NCBI GenBank assembly: GCA_964016885.1
Contig: OZ024742.1
Coordinates: 11,036,001 to 11,100,000 of the forward strand
DNA: 64,000 nucleotides
Direction: 5' to 3'
DNA from: Eledone cirrhosa
Lineage: Eukaryota
Shown: piece after piece, positions 1 through 14,500 of the stretch
Layout: every line of letters begins with the position of its first letter
How positions within the stretch are numbered: position 1 is the stretch's first letter
Position numbers and translations under genes: made by a program
Notes under the pieces: model-generated
What the model saw: only the letters and a program-made list of their open reading frames with translations
Databases searched by the model: none
Told to the model about the DNA's origin: nothing

Positions 1-3000
1 GTTGCTAATGTTGTTGTTGCTAATGTTGTTGTTGCTAATGTTGCTGTTGCTAATGTTGTTGTTGCTAATGGTGTTGTAGCTAATGTTGTTGTAGCTAATG
101 TTGTTGTTGCTAATGTTGTTGTTGTTGCTAATGTTGTTGTTGCTAATGTTGTTGCTAATGTTGTTGTTGCTAATTTTGTTGTTGTTAATGTTGTTGTAGC
201 TAATATTGTTGTTGCTAATGTTGTTGTTGCTTATGTTGTTGTTGCTAATGTTGTTGTAGCTAATATTGTTTTTGCTAATGTTGTTGCTTATGTTGTTGTT
301 GCTAATGTTGTTGTTGTTGCTAATGTTGTTGTTGCTAATGTTGTTGCTAATGTTGTTGTTGCTAATGTTGTTGTAGCTAATGTTGTTGTAGCTAATATTG
401 TTGTTGCTTATGTTGTTGTAGCTAATATTGTTGTTGCTAATGTTGTTGTTGCTTATGTTGTTGTTGCTAATGTTGTTGTAGCTAATATTGTTTTTGCTAA
501 TGTTGTTGCCAATGTTGTTGTTGCTAATGTTGTTGTTGCCAATGTTGTTGCTTATGTTGTTGTTGCTTATGTTGTTGTTGTTAATGTTGTTGTAGCTAAT
601 ATTGTTGTTGCTAATGTTGTTGTAGCTAATGTTGTTGTTGCCAATGTTGTTTTAGCTAATGTTGTTGTTGCTTATGTTGTTGTTGCTAATGTTGCTGTTG
701 CCAATTTTGTATTAGCTAATGTTATTGTTGCTAATGTTGTTGTAGCTAATGTTGCTGTTGCCAATGTTGTTTTAGCTAATGTTGTTGTTGCTTATGTTGT
801 TGTTGTAGATAATGTTGTTGTTGCTAATGTTGTTGTAGCTAATGTTGTTGTTGCCAATGTTGTTTTAGCTAATGTTGTTCTTGCTAATGTTGTTGTAGCT
901 AATGTTGTAGCTAATGTTGTTGTTGCTAATGTTGTTGTTGCTAATGTTGTTGTTGCCAATGTTGTTTTAATTAATGTTGTTGTTGCTAATGGTGTTGTTA
1001 ATGTTGTTGTTGTTAATATTGTTGTAGTTAATGTTGTTGTAGCTAATGTTGTTGTAGCTAATGTTGCTGTTGCTAATGTTGTTGTTGTTAATGTTGTTGA
1101 AAGTTAATGTTGTTGTAGTTAATGTTGTTGTAGCTAATGTTGTTGTTGGTAATGTTGTTGTAGTTATTGTTGTTGTTGTTAATGTTGTTGTAGCTAATGT
1201 TGTTGTAGCTAATGTTGTTGTTGCTAATGTTGTTGTTGCTAATGTTGTTGTTGTTAATGTTGTTGTAGCTAATGTTGTTGCTGCTAATGTTGCTGTAGCT
1301 AATTTTGTTGCTGCTAATATTGTTGTTGCTTATGTTGTTGTTGCTAATGTTTTTGTAGCTAATGTTGTTGTTGCTTATGTTGTTGTTGCTAATGTTGTTG
1401 TAGCTAATGTTGTTGTAGCTAATGTTGTTGTTGTTAATGTTGTTGTAGTTAATGTTGTTGTAGTTAATGTCGTCGTAGCTAATGTTGTTGTAGCTAATGT
1501 TGTTGTTGCTAATGTTGTTGTTGCTAATTTTGTTGTTGTTAATGTTGTTGTAGCTAATGTTGTTGCTGCTAATGTTGTTGTTGCTTATGTTGTTGTAGCT
1601 AATGTTGTTGTTGCTTATGTTGTTGTTGCTAATGGTGTTGGAGCTAATGTTGTTGTAGCTAATGTTGCTGTAACTAATGTTGTTGCTGCTAATGTTGTCG
1701 TTGCTAATGTTGTTGTCAATGTTGTTTTAGCTAATGTTGTTGTTGCTAATGTTGTTGTAGCTAATGTTGTTGATGCTAATGTTGTTGTAGCTAATGTTGT
1801 TGATGCTAATGTTGTTGTAGCTAATGTTGTTGTTGTTAATGTTGTTGTAGTTAATGTTGTTGTAGCTAATGTTGTTGTTGCTAATATTGTTGTTGCTAAT
1901 GTTGTTGTAGCTAATATTGTTGTTGCTAATGTTGTTGTTGTTAATGTTGTTGTAGTTAATGTTGTTGTAGCTAATGTTGTTGTTGCTAATATTGTTGTTG
2001 CTAATGTTGTTGTAGCTAATATTGTTGTTGCTAATGTTGTTGTTGTTAATGTTGTTGTAGTTAATGTTGTTGTAGCTAATGTTGTTGTTGCTAATATTGT
2101 TGTTGCTAATGTTGTTGTAGCTAATGTTGTTGTTGCCAATGTTGTTTTAGCTAATGTTGTTGTTGCTAATGTTGTTGTAGCTAATGTTGCTGTTGCCAAT
2201 GTTGTTTTAGCTAATGTTGTTGTTGCTTGTGTTTTTGTTGCTAATGTTGTTGTTGCTAATGTTGTTGTAGCTAATGTTGTTGTTGCTAATGTTGTTGTAG
2301 CTAATGTTGTTGTTGCCAATGTTGTTTTAGCTAATGTTGTTGTTGCTAATGTTGTTGTTGCTTATGTTGTTGTTGCTAATGTTGTTGTCGCTTATGTTGT
2401 TGTTGCTAATGTTGTTTTAGCTAATGTTGTTGTTGCGAATGTTGTTGTAGCTAATGTTGTTGTAGCTAATGTTGTTGTTGCTAATGTTGTTTTAGCTAAT
2501 GTTGTTGTTGCTAATGTTGTTGTTGCTTATGTTGTTGTTGCTAATGTTGTTGTAGCTAATGTTGTTGTTGCTAATGTTGTTTTAGCTAATGTTGTTGTTG
2601 CTAATGTTGTTATGGCTAATGTTGCTGTTGCTAATGTTGTTGTTGTTAATGTTGTTGTAGCTAATGTTGTTGTTGCTAATGTTGTTGCTAATGTTGTTGT
2701 TGCTAATGTTGTTGTAGCTAATGTTGTTGTTGCCAATGTTGTTTAACTAATGTTGATGTTGCTAATGTTGTTGTTGCTAATGTTGTTGTTGCTAATGTTG
2801 TTGTTGCTAATGTTGTTGTTGCTAATGGTGTTGTAGCTAATGTTGTTGTAGCTAATGTTGTTGTTGCCAATGTTGTTGTTGCCAATGTTGTTGTTGCTAA
2901 TGTTGTTGTTGCTAATGTTGTTGTTGCTAATGTTGTTGTTGCTAATGTTGTTGTTGCTAATGTTGTTGTTGCTAATGTTGTTGTTGCCAATGTTGTTTCA

Positions 3001-4141
3001 GTTAATGTTGTTGTTGCTAATGTTGTTGTTGCTAATGTTGTTGTTGCTAATGTTGTTGTTAATGTTTTGTTGCTAATGTTGTTGTTGTTAATGTTGTTGT
3101 TGCTAATGTTGTTGTTGATAATGTTGTTGTTGCTAATGTTGTTGTTAATGTTGTTGTTGTTAATGTTGTTGTTGCTAATGTTGTTGTTGTTCATGTTATT
3201 GTAGTTAATGTTGTTGTAGTTAATGTTGTTTTTTATAATTTTGTTGTTGATAATGTTGTTGTTGTTAATGTTGTTGTTGTTAATATTGTTGTAGTTAATG
3301 TTGTTGTAGCTAATGTTGTTGTTGATAATGTTGTTGTAGCTAATGTTGTTTCTAATGTTGTTGTTGCTAATGTTGTTGTAGCTAATGTTGTTGTAGCTAA
3401 TGTGGCTGTAGCTAATGTTGTTGTTGCTAATGTTGTTGCAGCTAATGTTGTTCTTGCTAATGTTGTTGTAGCTAATGTTGTTGCTAATGTTGTTGTTGCC
3501 AATGTTGTTGCTAATGTTGTTGTTGTTGTTAATGTTGTTGTAGCTAATATTGTTGTTGCTAATGTTGTTGTTGATAATGATGTTGTTGCTGATGTTGTTG
3601 TTGCTAATGTTGTTGTAGCTAATATTGTTGTTGCTAATGTTGTTGTTGCCAATGTTGTTGTTGCTAATGTTGTTGTTGCCAATGTTGTTTAACTAATGTT
3701 GATGTGCTAATGTTGTTGTTGCTAATGTTGTTGCTGCTAATGTTGCTGTTGCTAATGTTGTTGTTGCTAATGGTGTTGTAGCTAATGTTGTTGTAGCTAA
3801 TGTTGTTGTTGCTAATGTTGTTGTTGTTGCTAATGTTGTTGTTGCTAATGTTGTTGCTAATGTTGTTGTTGCTAATGTTGTTGTTGTTAATGTTGTTGTA
3901 GCTAATATTGTTGTTGCTAATGTTGTTGTAGCTAATATTGTTGTTGCTAATGTTGTTGTTGCTTATGTTGTTGTTGCTAATGTTGTTGTAGCTAATATTG
4001 TTTTTGCTAATGTTGTTGCTTATGTTATTGTTGCTAATGTTGTTGTTGCCAATGTTGTTGTTGCTAATGTTGTTGTTGCCAATGTTGTTGCTTATGTTGT
4101 TGTTGCTTATGTTGTTGTTGTTAATGTTGTTGTAGCTAATA

Positions 4142-7100
4142 TTGTTGTTGCTAATGTTGTTGTAGCTAATGTTGTTGTTGCTAATGTTATGGTTGCGTAT
4201 GTTGTTGTTGCTAATGTTGTTCTAGCTAATGTTGTTGTTGCCAATGTTGTTTTAGCTAATGTTGTTGTTGCTTATGTTGTTGTTGCTAATGTTGCTCTTG
4301 CCAATGTTGTTGCTAATGATATTGTTGTTAATGTTGTTGTAGCTAATATTGTTGTTGCTAATGTTGCTGTTGCTAATGATGTTGTTGCTAATGTTGTGGT
4401 TGCGTATGTTGTTGTTGCTAATGTTGTTGTAGCTAATGTTGTTGTTGCCAATGTTGTTTTAGCTAATGTTGTTGTTGCTTATGTTGTTGTTGCTAATGTT
4501 GCTGTTGCCAATTTTGTATTAGCTAATGTTGTTGTTGCTTATGTTGTTGTTGTAGCTAATGTTGTTGTTGCCAATGTTGTTTTAGCTAATGTTGTTCTTG
4601 CTAATGTTGTTGTAGCTAATGTTGTTGCTAATGTTCTTGTTGCCAATGTTGTTTTAGCTAATGTTATTGTTGCTAATGTTGTTGTAGCTAATGTTGCTGT
4701 TGCCAATGTTGTTTTAGCTAATGTTGTTGTTGCTTATGTTGTTGTTGTAGCTAATGTTGTTGTTGCCAATGTTGTTTTAGCTAATGTTGTTCTTGCTAAT
4801 GTTGTTGTAGCTAATGTTGTTGCTAATGTTCTTGTTGCCAATGTTGTTGCTAATGTTGTTGTAGCTAATGTTGTTGTAGCTAATGTTGTTGTTGCTAATG
4901 TTGTTGTTGCCAATGTTGTTGTTGCTAATGTTGTTGTTGCTAATGTTGTTGTAGCTAATATTGTTGTTGCTAATGTTGTTGTAGCTAATATTGTTGTTGC
5001 TAATGTTGTTGTTGCTTATGTTGTTGTTGCTAATGTTGTTGTAGCTAATATTGTTTTTGCTAATGTTGTTGCTTATGTTGTTGTTGCTAATGTTGTTTTT
5101 GCCAATGTTGTTGTTGCTAATGTTGTTGTTGCCAATGTTGTTGCTTATGTTGTTGTTTCTAATGTTGTTGTTGCTTATGTTGTTGTTGCTAATGTTGTTG
5201 TAGCTAATGTTGTTGTTGCCAATGTTGTTTTAGCTAATGTTGTTGTTGCTTATGTTGTTGTTGCTAATGTTGCTGTTGCCAATGTTGTTGCTAATGATGT
5301 TGTTGTTAATGTTGTTGTAGCTAATATTGTTGTTGCTAATGTTGTTGTAGCTAATGTTGCTGTTGCTAATGTTGTTGTTGCTTATGTTGTTGTTGCTAAC
5401 GTTGTTGTAGCTAATATTGTTGTTGATAATGTTGTTGTTGCCAATGCTGTTGTTGCTAATGTTGTTGTTGCCAATGTTGTTTAACTAATGTTGATGTTGC
5501 TAATGTTGTTGTTGCTAATGTTGTTGTTGCTAATGTTGTTGTTGCTAATGTTGTTGTTGCTAATGTTGTTGTTGCTAATGGTGTTGTAGCTAATGTTGTT
5601 GAAGCTTATGTTGTTGTTGCTAATGTTGTTGTTGCTAATGTTGTTGTAGCTAATGTTGTTGTTGCCAATGTTGTTTTAGCTAATGTTGTTGTTGCTAATT
5701 TTGTTGTAGCTAATGTTGTTGCTAATATTGTTGCTAATGTTGCTGTAGCTAATATTGTTGTTGCTAATGTTGTTGTAGCTAATATTGTTGTTGCTAATGT
5801 TGTTGTTGCCAATGTTGTTGCTAATGTTGTTGTCGCTAATGTTGTTGTAGCTAATGTTGTTGTTGCCAATGTTGTTGCTAATGTTGTTGCCGCTAATGTT
5901 GTTGTAGCTAATGTTGTTGTTGCCAATGTTGTTTTATCTAATGTTGCTGTTGCCAATGTTGTTTTAGCTAATGTTGTTGTTGCTAATGTTGTTGTAGCTA
6001 ATGTTGCTGTTGCCAATGTTGTTTTAGCTAATGTTGTTGTTGCTTGTGTTGTTGTTGCTAATGTTGTTGTTGCTAATGTTGTTGTAGCTAATGTTGTTGT
6101 TGCCAATGTTGTTTTAGCTAATGTTGTTGTTGCTAATGTTGTTGTTGCTTATGTTGTTGTTGCTTATGTTGTTGTTGCTAATGTTGTTGTTGCTTATGTT
6201 GTTGTTGCTAATGTTGTTTTAGCTAATGTTGTTGTTGCAAATGTTGTTGTAGCTAATGTTGTTGTAGCTAATGTTGTTGTTGCTAATGTTGTTTTAGCTA
6301 ATGTTGTTGTTGCTAATGTTGTTGTTTCTTATGTTGTTGTTGCTAATGTTGTTGTTGCTAATGTTGTTGTAGCTAATGTTGTTGTTGCTAATGTTATGGT
6401 TGCGTATGTTGTTGTTGCTAATGTTGTTCTAGCTAATGTTGTTGTTGCCAATGTTGTTTTAGCTAATGTTGTTGTTGCTTATGTTGTTGTTGCTAATGTT
6501 GCTCTTGCCAATGTTGTTGCTAATGATATTGTTGTTAATGTTGTTGTAGCTAATATTGTTGTTGCTAATGTTGCTGTTGCTAATGATGTTGTTGCTAATG
6601 TTGTGGTTGCGTATGTTGTTGTTGCTAATGTTGTTGTAGCTAATGTTGTTGTTGCCAATGTTGTTTTAGCTAATGTTGTTGTTGCTTATGTTGTTGTTGC
6701 TAATGTTGCTGTTGCCAATTTTGTATTAGCTAATGTTGTTGTTGCTTATGTTGTTGTTGTAGCTAATGTTGTTGTTGCCAATGTTGTTTTAGCTAATGTT
6801 GTTCTTGCTAATGTTGTTGTAGCTAATGTTGTTGCTAATGTTCTTGTTGCCAATGTTGTTTTAGCTAATGTTATTGTTGCTAATGTTGTTGTAGCTAATG
6901 TTGCTGTTGCCAATGTTGTTTTAGCTAATGTTGTTGTTGCTTATGTTGTTGTTGTAGCTAATGTTGTTGTTGCCAATGTTGTTTTAGCTAATGTTGTTCT
7001 TGCTAATGTTGTTGTAGCTAATGTTGTTGCTAATGTTCTTGTTGCCAATGTTGTTGCTAATGTTGTTGTAGCTAATGTTGTTGTAGCTAATGTTGTTGTT

Positions 7101-8562
7101 GCTAATGTTGTTGTTGCCAATGTTGTTGTTGCTAATGTTGTTGTTGCTAATGTTGTTGTAGCTAATATTGTTGTTGCTAATGTTGTTGTAGCTAATATTG
7201 TTGTTGCTAATGTTGTTGTTGCTTATGTTGTTGTTGCTAATGTTGTTGTAGCTAATATTGTTTTTGCTAATGTTGTTGCTTATGTTGTTGTTGCTAATGT
7301 TGTTTTTGCCAATGTTGTTGTTGCTAATGTTGTTGTTGCCAATGTTGTTGCTTATGTTGTTGTTTCTAATGTTGTTGTTGCTTATGTTGTTGTTGCTAAT
7401 GTTGTTGTAGCTAATGTTGTTGTTGCCAATGTTGTTTTAGCTAATGTTGTTGTTGCTTATGTTGTTGTTGCTAATGTTGCTGTTGCCAATGTTGTTGCTA
7501 ATGATGTTGTTGTTAATGTTGTTGTAGCTAATATTGTTGTTGCTAATGTTGTTGTAGCTAATGTTGCTGTTGCTAATGTTGTTGTTGCTTATGTTGTTGT
7601 TGCTAACGTTGTTGTAGCTAATATTGTTGTTGATAATGTTGTTGTTGCCAATGCTGTTGTTGCTAATGTTGTTGTTGCCAATGTTGTTTAACTAATGTTG
7701 ATGTTGCTAATGTTGTTGTTGCTAATGTTGTTGTTGCTAATGTTGTTGTTGCTAATGTTGTTGTTGCTAATGTTGTTGTTGCTAATGGTGTTGTAGCTAA
7801 TGTTGTTGAAGCTTATGTTGTTGTTGCTAATGTTGTTGTTGCTAATGTTGTTGTAGCTAATGTTGTTGTTGCCAATGTTGTTTTAGCTAATGTTGTTGTT
7901 GCTAATTTTGTTGTAGCTAATGTTGTTGCTAATATTGTTGCTAATGTTGCTGTAGCTAATATTGTTGTTGCTAATGTTGTTGTAGCTAATATTGTTGTTG
8001 CTAATGTTGTTGTTGCCAATGTTGTTGCTAATGTTGTTGTCGCTAATGTTGTTGTAGCTAATGTTGTTGTTGCCAATGTTGTTGCTAATGTTGTTGCCGC
8101 TAATGTTGTTGTAGCTAATGTTGTTGTTGCCAATGTTGTTTTATCTAATGTTGCTGTTGCCAATGTTGTTTTAGCTAATGTTGTTGTTGCTAATGTTGTT
8201 GTAGCTAATGTTGCTGTTGCCAATGTTGTTTTAGCTAATGTTGTTGTTGCTTGTGTTGTTGTTGCTAATGTTGTTGTTGCTAATGTTGTTGTAGCTAATG
8301 TTGTTGTTGCCAATGTTGTTTTAGCTAATGTTGTTGTTGCTAATGTTGTTGTTGCTTATGTTGTTGTTGCTTATGTTGTTGTTGCTAATGTTGTTGTTGC
8401 TTATGTTGTTGTTGCTAATGTTGTTTTAGCTAATGTTGTTGTTGCAAATGTTGTTGTAGCTAATGTTGTTGTAGCTAATGTTGTTGTTGCTAATGTTGTT
8501 TTAGCTAATGTTGTTGTTGCTAATGTTGTTGTTTCTTATGTTGTTGTTGCTAATGTTGTTGT
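4142..8562. repeat. Higher-order tandem duplication of 2207 bp inside the satellite
   Basis: ORFs 4189..5484 and 6396..7691 are identical, as are 5606..6106 and 7813..8313, both offset by 2207. Confidence 0.93.
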
Positions 8563-11500
8563 AGCTAATGTTGTTGTTGCTAATGTTGTTCTAGCTAATG
8601 TTGTTGTTGCTAATGTTGTTGTTGCTTATGTTGTTGTTGCTAATGTTGTTGTTGCCAATGTTGTTGTAGCTAATGTTGTTGTTGCTAATGTTGTTATAGC
8701 TAATGTTGTTGTTGCTAATGTTGTTGTTAATGTTGTTGTAGCTAATGTTGTTGTTGCTAATGTTGTTGTAGCTAATGCTGTTGTTGCCAATGTTGTTTAA
8801 CTAATGTTGATGTTGCTAATGTTGTTGTTGCTAATGTTGTTGTTGCTAATGGTGTTGTAGCTAATGTTGTTGTTGCCAATGTTGTTGTTGCCAATGTTGT
8901 TGTTGCCAATGTTGTTGTTGCTAATGTTGTTGTTGCTAATGTTCTTGTTGCTAATGTTGTTGTTGCTAATGTTGTTGTTGCCAATGTTGTTTTAGTTAAT
9001 GTTGTTGTTGCCAATGTTGTTGTTGCTAATGTTGTTGTTGCTAATGTTGTTGTTAATGTTTTGTTGCTAATGTTGTTGTTGTTAATGTTGTTGTTGCTAA
9101 TGTTGTTGTTGATAATGTTGTTGTTGCTAATGTTGTTGTTAATGTTTTTGTTGTTAATGTTGTTGTTGCTAATGTTGTTGTTGTTCATGTTGTTGTAGTT
9201 AATGTTGTTGTAGTTAATGTTGTTTTTTATAATGTTGTTGTTGATAATGTTGTTGTTGCTAATGTTGTTGTTGTTAATATTGTTGTTGTTAATGTTGTTG
9301 TAGTTAATATTGTTGTAGTTAATGTTGTTGTAGCTAATGTTGTTGTTGATAATGTTGTTGTCGTTAATGTTGTTGTAGTTAATGTTGTTGTAGCTAATGT
9401 TGTTGTTGCTTATGTTGTTGTTGCTTATGTTGTTGTTGCTAATGTTGTTGTAGCTAATGTTGTTTCTAATGTTGTTGTTGCTAATGATGTTGTTGCTGAT
9501 GTTGTTGTTGCTAATGTTGTTATTGCCAATGTTGTTGTTGCTAATGTTGTTGTAGCTAATATTGTTGTTGCTAATGTTGTTGCTGCCAATGTTGTTGTTG
9601 CTAATGTTGTTGTTGCCAATGTTGTTTAACTAATGTTGATGTTGCTAATGTTGTTGTTGCTAATGTTGTTGTAGCTAATGTTGTTACTAATGTTGTTGTT
9701 GCCAATGTTGTTGCTAATGTTGTTGTTGTTAATGTTGTTGTAGCTAATAATGTTGTTGCTAATGTTGTTGTTGCTAATGATGTTGTTGCTGATGTTGTTG
9801 TTGCTTATGTTGTTGTTGCTAATGTTGTTGTTGCCAATGTTGTTGTTGCTAATGTTGTTGTTGCTAATGTTGTTGTTGCCAATGTTGTTGTTGTTGTTGC
9901 CAATGTTGTTTAACTAATGTTGATGTTGCTAATGTTGTTGTTGCTAATGTTGTTGTTGCTAATGTTGTTGTTGCTAATGGTGTTGTTGCGAATGGTGTTG
10001 TAGCTAATGTTGTTGTAGCTAATGTTGTTGTTGCTAATGTTGTTGTTGCTAATGTTGTTGTTGCTAATGTTGTTGTTGCTAATGTTGTTGTTGCTAATGT
10101 TGTTGTTGTTAATGTTGTTGTAGCTAATATTGTTGTTGCTAATGTTGTTGTAGCTAATATTGTTGTTGCTAATGTTGTTGTTGCTTATGTTGTTGTTGCT
10201 AATGTTGTTGTAGGTAATATTGTTTTTACTAATGTTGTTGCTTATGTTGTTGTTGCTAATGTTGTTGTTGCCAATGTTGTTGTTGCTAATGTTGTTGCTT
10301 ATGTTGTTGTTTCTAATGTTGTTGTTGCTTATGTTGTTGTTGTTAATGTTGTTGTAGCTAATATTGTTGTTGCTAATGTTGTTGTAGCTAATGTTGTTGT
10401 TGCTAATGTTATGGTTGCGTATGTTGTTGTTGCTAATGTTGTTGTAGCTAATGTTGTTGTTGCCAATGTTGTTTTAGCTAATGTTGTTGTTGCTTATGTT
10501 GTTGTTGCTAATGTTGCTGTTGCCAATGTTGTTGCTAATGATGTTGTTGTTAATGTTGTTGTAGCTAATATTGTTGTTGCTAATGTTGTTGTTGCTTATG
10601 TTGTTGTTGCTAATGTTGTTGTAGCTAATATTGTTGTTGATAATGTTGTTGTTGCCAATGTTGTTGTTGCTAATGTTGTTGTTGCTAATGTTGTTGTTGC
10701 TAATGTTGTTGTTGCTAATGGTGTTGTAGCTAATGTTGTTGTAGCTTATGTTGTTGTTGCTAATGCTGCTGTTTCCAATGTTGTATTAGCTAATGTTGTT
10801 GTTGCTAATGTTGTTGTAGCTAATGTTGCTGTTGCCAATGTTGTTTTAGCTAATGTTGTTGTTGCTTATGTTGTTGTAGCTAATGTTGTTGATGCTAATG
10901 TTGTTGTAGCTAATGTTGTTGTTGCCAATGTTGTTTTAGCTAATGTTGTTGTTGCTAATGTTGTTGTAGCTAATGTTGCTGTTGCCAATGTTGTTTTAGC
11001 TAATGTTGTTGTTGCTTCTGTTGTTATTGCTAATGTTGTTGTTGCCAATGTTGTCGTAGCTAATGTTGTTGTTCCTAATGTTGTTGTAGCTAATGTTGTT
11101 GTTACCAATGTTGTTTTAGCTAATGTTGTTGTTGCTTATGTTGTTGTAGCTAATGTTGTTGATGCTAATGTTGTTGTAGCTAATGTTGTTGTCAATGTTG
11201 TTTTAGCTAATGTTGTTGTTGCTAATGTTGTTGTAGCTAATGTTGTTGATGCTAATGTTGTTGTAGCTAATGTTGTTGTCAATGTTGTTTTAGCTAATGT
11301 TGTTGTTGCTTATGTTGTTGTAGCTAATGTTGTTGATGCTAATGTTGTTGTAGCTAATGTTGTTGTCAATGTTGTTTTAGCTAATGTTGTTGTTGCTAAT
11401 GTTGTCATTGCTAATGTTGTTGTTCTTAATGTTGTTGTAGCTAATGTTGCTGTTGCCAATGTTGTTTTAGCTAATGTTGTTGTTGCTTCTGTTGTTATTG

Positions 11501-14500
11501 CTAATGTTGTTGTTGCTAATGATGTTGTAGCTAATGTTGTTGTTCCTAATGTTGTTGTAGCTAATGTTGTTGTTACCAATGTTGTTTTAGCTAATGTTGT
11601 TGTTGCTAATGTTGTTGTTGCTTATGTTGTTGTTGCTAATGTTGTTGTTGCTTCTGTTGTTGTTGCTAATGTTGTTTTCGCTAATGTTGTTGTTGCTAAT
11701 GTTGTTTTCGCTAATGTTGTTGTTGCTAATGTTGTTTTAGCTAATGTTATTGTTGCCAATGTTGTTGTAGCTAATGTTGTTGTTGCTTATGTTGTTGTAG
11801 CTAATGTTGTTGTTGCTAATGTTGTTTTAGCTAATGTTGTTGTTGCTAATGTTGTTGTTGCTTATGTTGTTGTAGCTAATGTTGTTGTTGCTAATGTTGT
11901 TTTAGCTATTGTTGTTGTTGCTAATGTTGTTGTTGCTAATGTTGTTGTTGCTAATGTTTTTGTTGCTAATGTTGTTGTTGCTAATGTTGTTGTTGCTAAT
12001 GTTGTTGCTGCTAATGTTGCTCTAGCTAATGTTGTTGCTGCTAATGTTGTTGTTGCTTATGTTGTTGTAGCTAATGTTGTTGTTGCTTATGTTGTTGTTG
12101 CTAATGTTGTTGTAGCTAATGTTGTTGTAGCTAATGTTGCTGTAGCTAATGTTGTTGCTGCTAATGTTGTTGTAGCTAATGTTGTTGCTAATATTGTTGC
12201 TAATGTTGTTGTAGTTAATATTGTTGTTGCTAATGTTGTTGTAGTTAATATTGTTGTTGCTAATGTTGTTGTTGCTAATGTTGTTGTAGCTAATGTTGTT
12301 CTTGCCAATGTTGTTGTTGCTTATGTTGTTGTTGCTAATGTTGTTGTTGCTTCTGTTGTTGTTGCTAATGTTGTTTTCGCTAATGTTGTTGTTGCTAATG
12401 TTGTTTTAGCTTATATTGTTGTTGCTAATGTTGTTTTAGCTAATGTTATTGTTGCCAATGTTGTTGTAGCTAATGTTGTTGTAGCTAATGTTGTTGTTGC
12501 TAATGTTGTTTTAGCTAATGTTGTTGTTGCTAATGTTGTTGTTGCTTATGTTGTTGTAGGTAATGTTGTTGTTGCTAATGTTGCTTTAGCTATTGTTGTT
12601 GTTGCTAATGTTGTTGTTGCTAATGTTGTTGTTGCTAATGTTTTTGTTGCTAATGTTGTTGTTGCTAATGTTGTTGTTGCTAATGTTGTTGCTGCTAATG
12701 TTGCTGTAGCTAATGTTGTTGCTGCTAATGTTGTTGTTGCTAATGTTGTTGTAGCTAATGTTGTTGTTGCTTATGTTGTTGTTGTTGCTAATGTTGTTGT
12801 AGCTAATGTTGATGTTGCTAATGTTGTTGTAGCTAATGTTGCTGTTGCCAATGTTGTTTCAGCTAATGTTGTTGTTGCTTATGTTGTTGTTGCTAATGTT
12901 GTTGTTGCTAATGTTGTTGTTGCTAATGTTGTATTAGCTAATGTTGTTGTTGCTAATGTGGCTGTACCTAATGTTGCTGTTGCCAATGTTGTTTTAGCTA
13001 ATGTTGTTGTTGCTTATGTTGTTGTAGCTAATGTTGTTGTTGCTAATGTTGTTGTAGCTAATGTTGTTGTTGCCAATTTTGTTTTAGCTAATGTTGTTGT
13101 TGCTAATGTTGTTGTAGCTAATGTTGTTGTTGCCAATGTTGTTTTAGCTAATGTTGTTGTTGCTTCTGTTGTTGTTGCTAATGTTGTTGTTGCTAATGTT
13201 GTTGTAGCTAATGTTGTTTTTCCTAATGTTGTTGTAGCTAATGTTGTTGTTGCCAATGTTGATTTAGCTAATGTTGTTGTTGCTAATTTTGTTGTTGCTT
13301 ATGTTGTTGTTGCTAATGTTGTTGTTAATGTTGTTGTTGTTAATATTGTTGTAGTTAATGTTGTTGTAGCTAATGTTGTTGTAGCTAATGTTGCTGTTGC
13401 TAATGTTGTTGTTGTTAATGTTGTTGTAGTTAATGTTGTTGTAGTTAATGTTGTTGTAGCTAATGTTGTTGTTGGTAATGTTGTTGTAGTTAATGTTGTT
13501 GTTGTTAATGTTGTTGTAGCTACTGTTGTTGTAGCTAATGTTGTTGTTGCTAATGGTGTTGTAGCTAATGTTGTTGTTGCTAATGTTGCTGTTGCTAATG
13601 TTGTTGTTGTTAATGTTGTTGTAGTTAATGTTGTTGTAGTTAATGTTGTTGTAGCTAATGTTGCTGTTTCCAATGTTGTATTAGCTAATGTTGTTGTTGC
13701 TAATGTTGTTGTAGCTAATGTTGCTGTTGCCAATGTTGTGTTAGCTAATGTTGTTGTTGCTTATGTTGTCGTAGCTAATGTTGCTGTTGCCAATGTTGTT
13801 TTAGCTAATGTTGTTGTTGCTTCTGTTGTTGTTGCTAATATTGTTGTTGCTAATGATGTTGTAGCTAATGTTGTTGTTCCTAATGTTGTTGTAGCTAATG
13901 TTGTTGTTGCCAATGTTGTTTTAGCTAATGTTGTTGTTGCTAATGTTGTTGTTGCTTATGTTGTTGTTGCTAATGTTGTTGTTGCTTCTGTTGTTGTTGC
14001 TAATGTTGTTTTCGCTAATGTTGTTGTTGCTAATGTTGTTTTAGCTTATGTTGTTGTTGCTAATGTTGTTTTAGCTAATGTTATTGTTGCCAATGTTGTT
14101 GTAGCTAATGTTGTTGTAGCTAATGTTGTTGTTGCTAATGTTGTTTTAGCTAATGTTGTTGTTGCTAATGTTGTTGTTGCTTATGTTGTTGTAGCTAATG
14201 TTGTTGTTGCTAATGTTGTTGTTGCTAATGTTGTTGTTGCTAATGTTGTTGCTAATGTTGTTGTTGCTAATGTTGTTGTAGCTAATGTTGTTGTTGCTAA
14301 TGTTGTTGTAGCTAATGTTGTTCTTGCCAATGTTGTTTTAGCTAATGTTGTTGTTGCTAATGTTGTTGTAGCTAATGTTGCTGTTGCCAATGTTGTTTCA
14401 GCTAATGTTGTTGTTGCTTATGTTGTTGTTGCTAATGTTGTTGTTGCTAATGTTGTTGTTGCTAATGTTGTATTAGCTAATGTTGTTGTTGCTAATGTTG

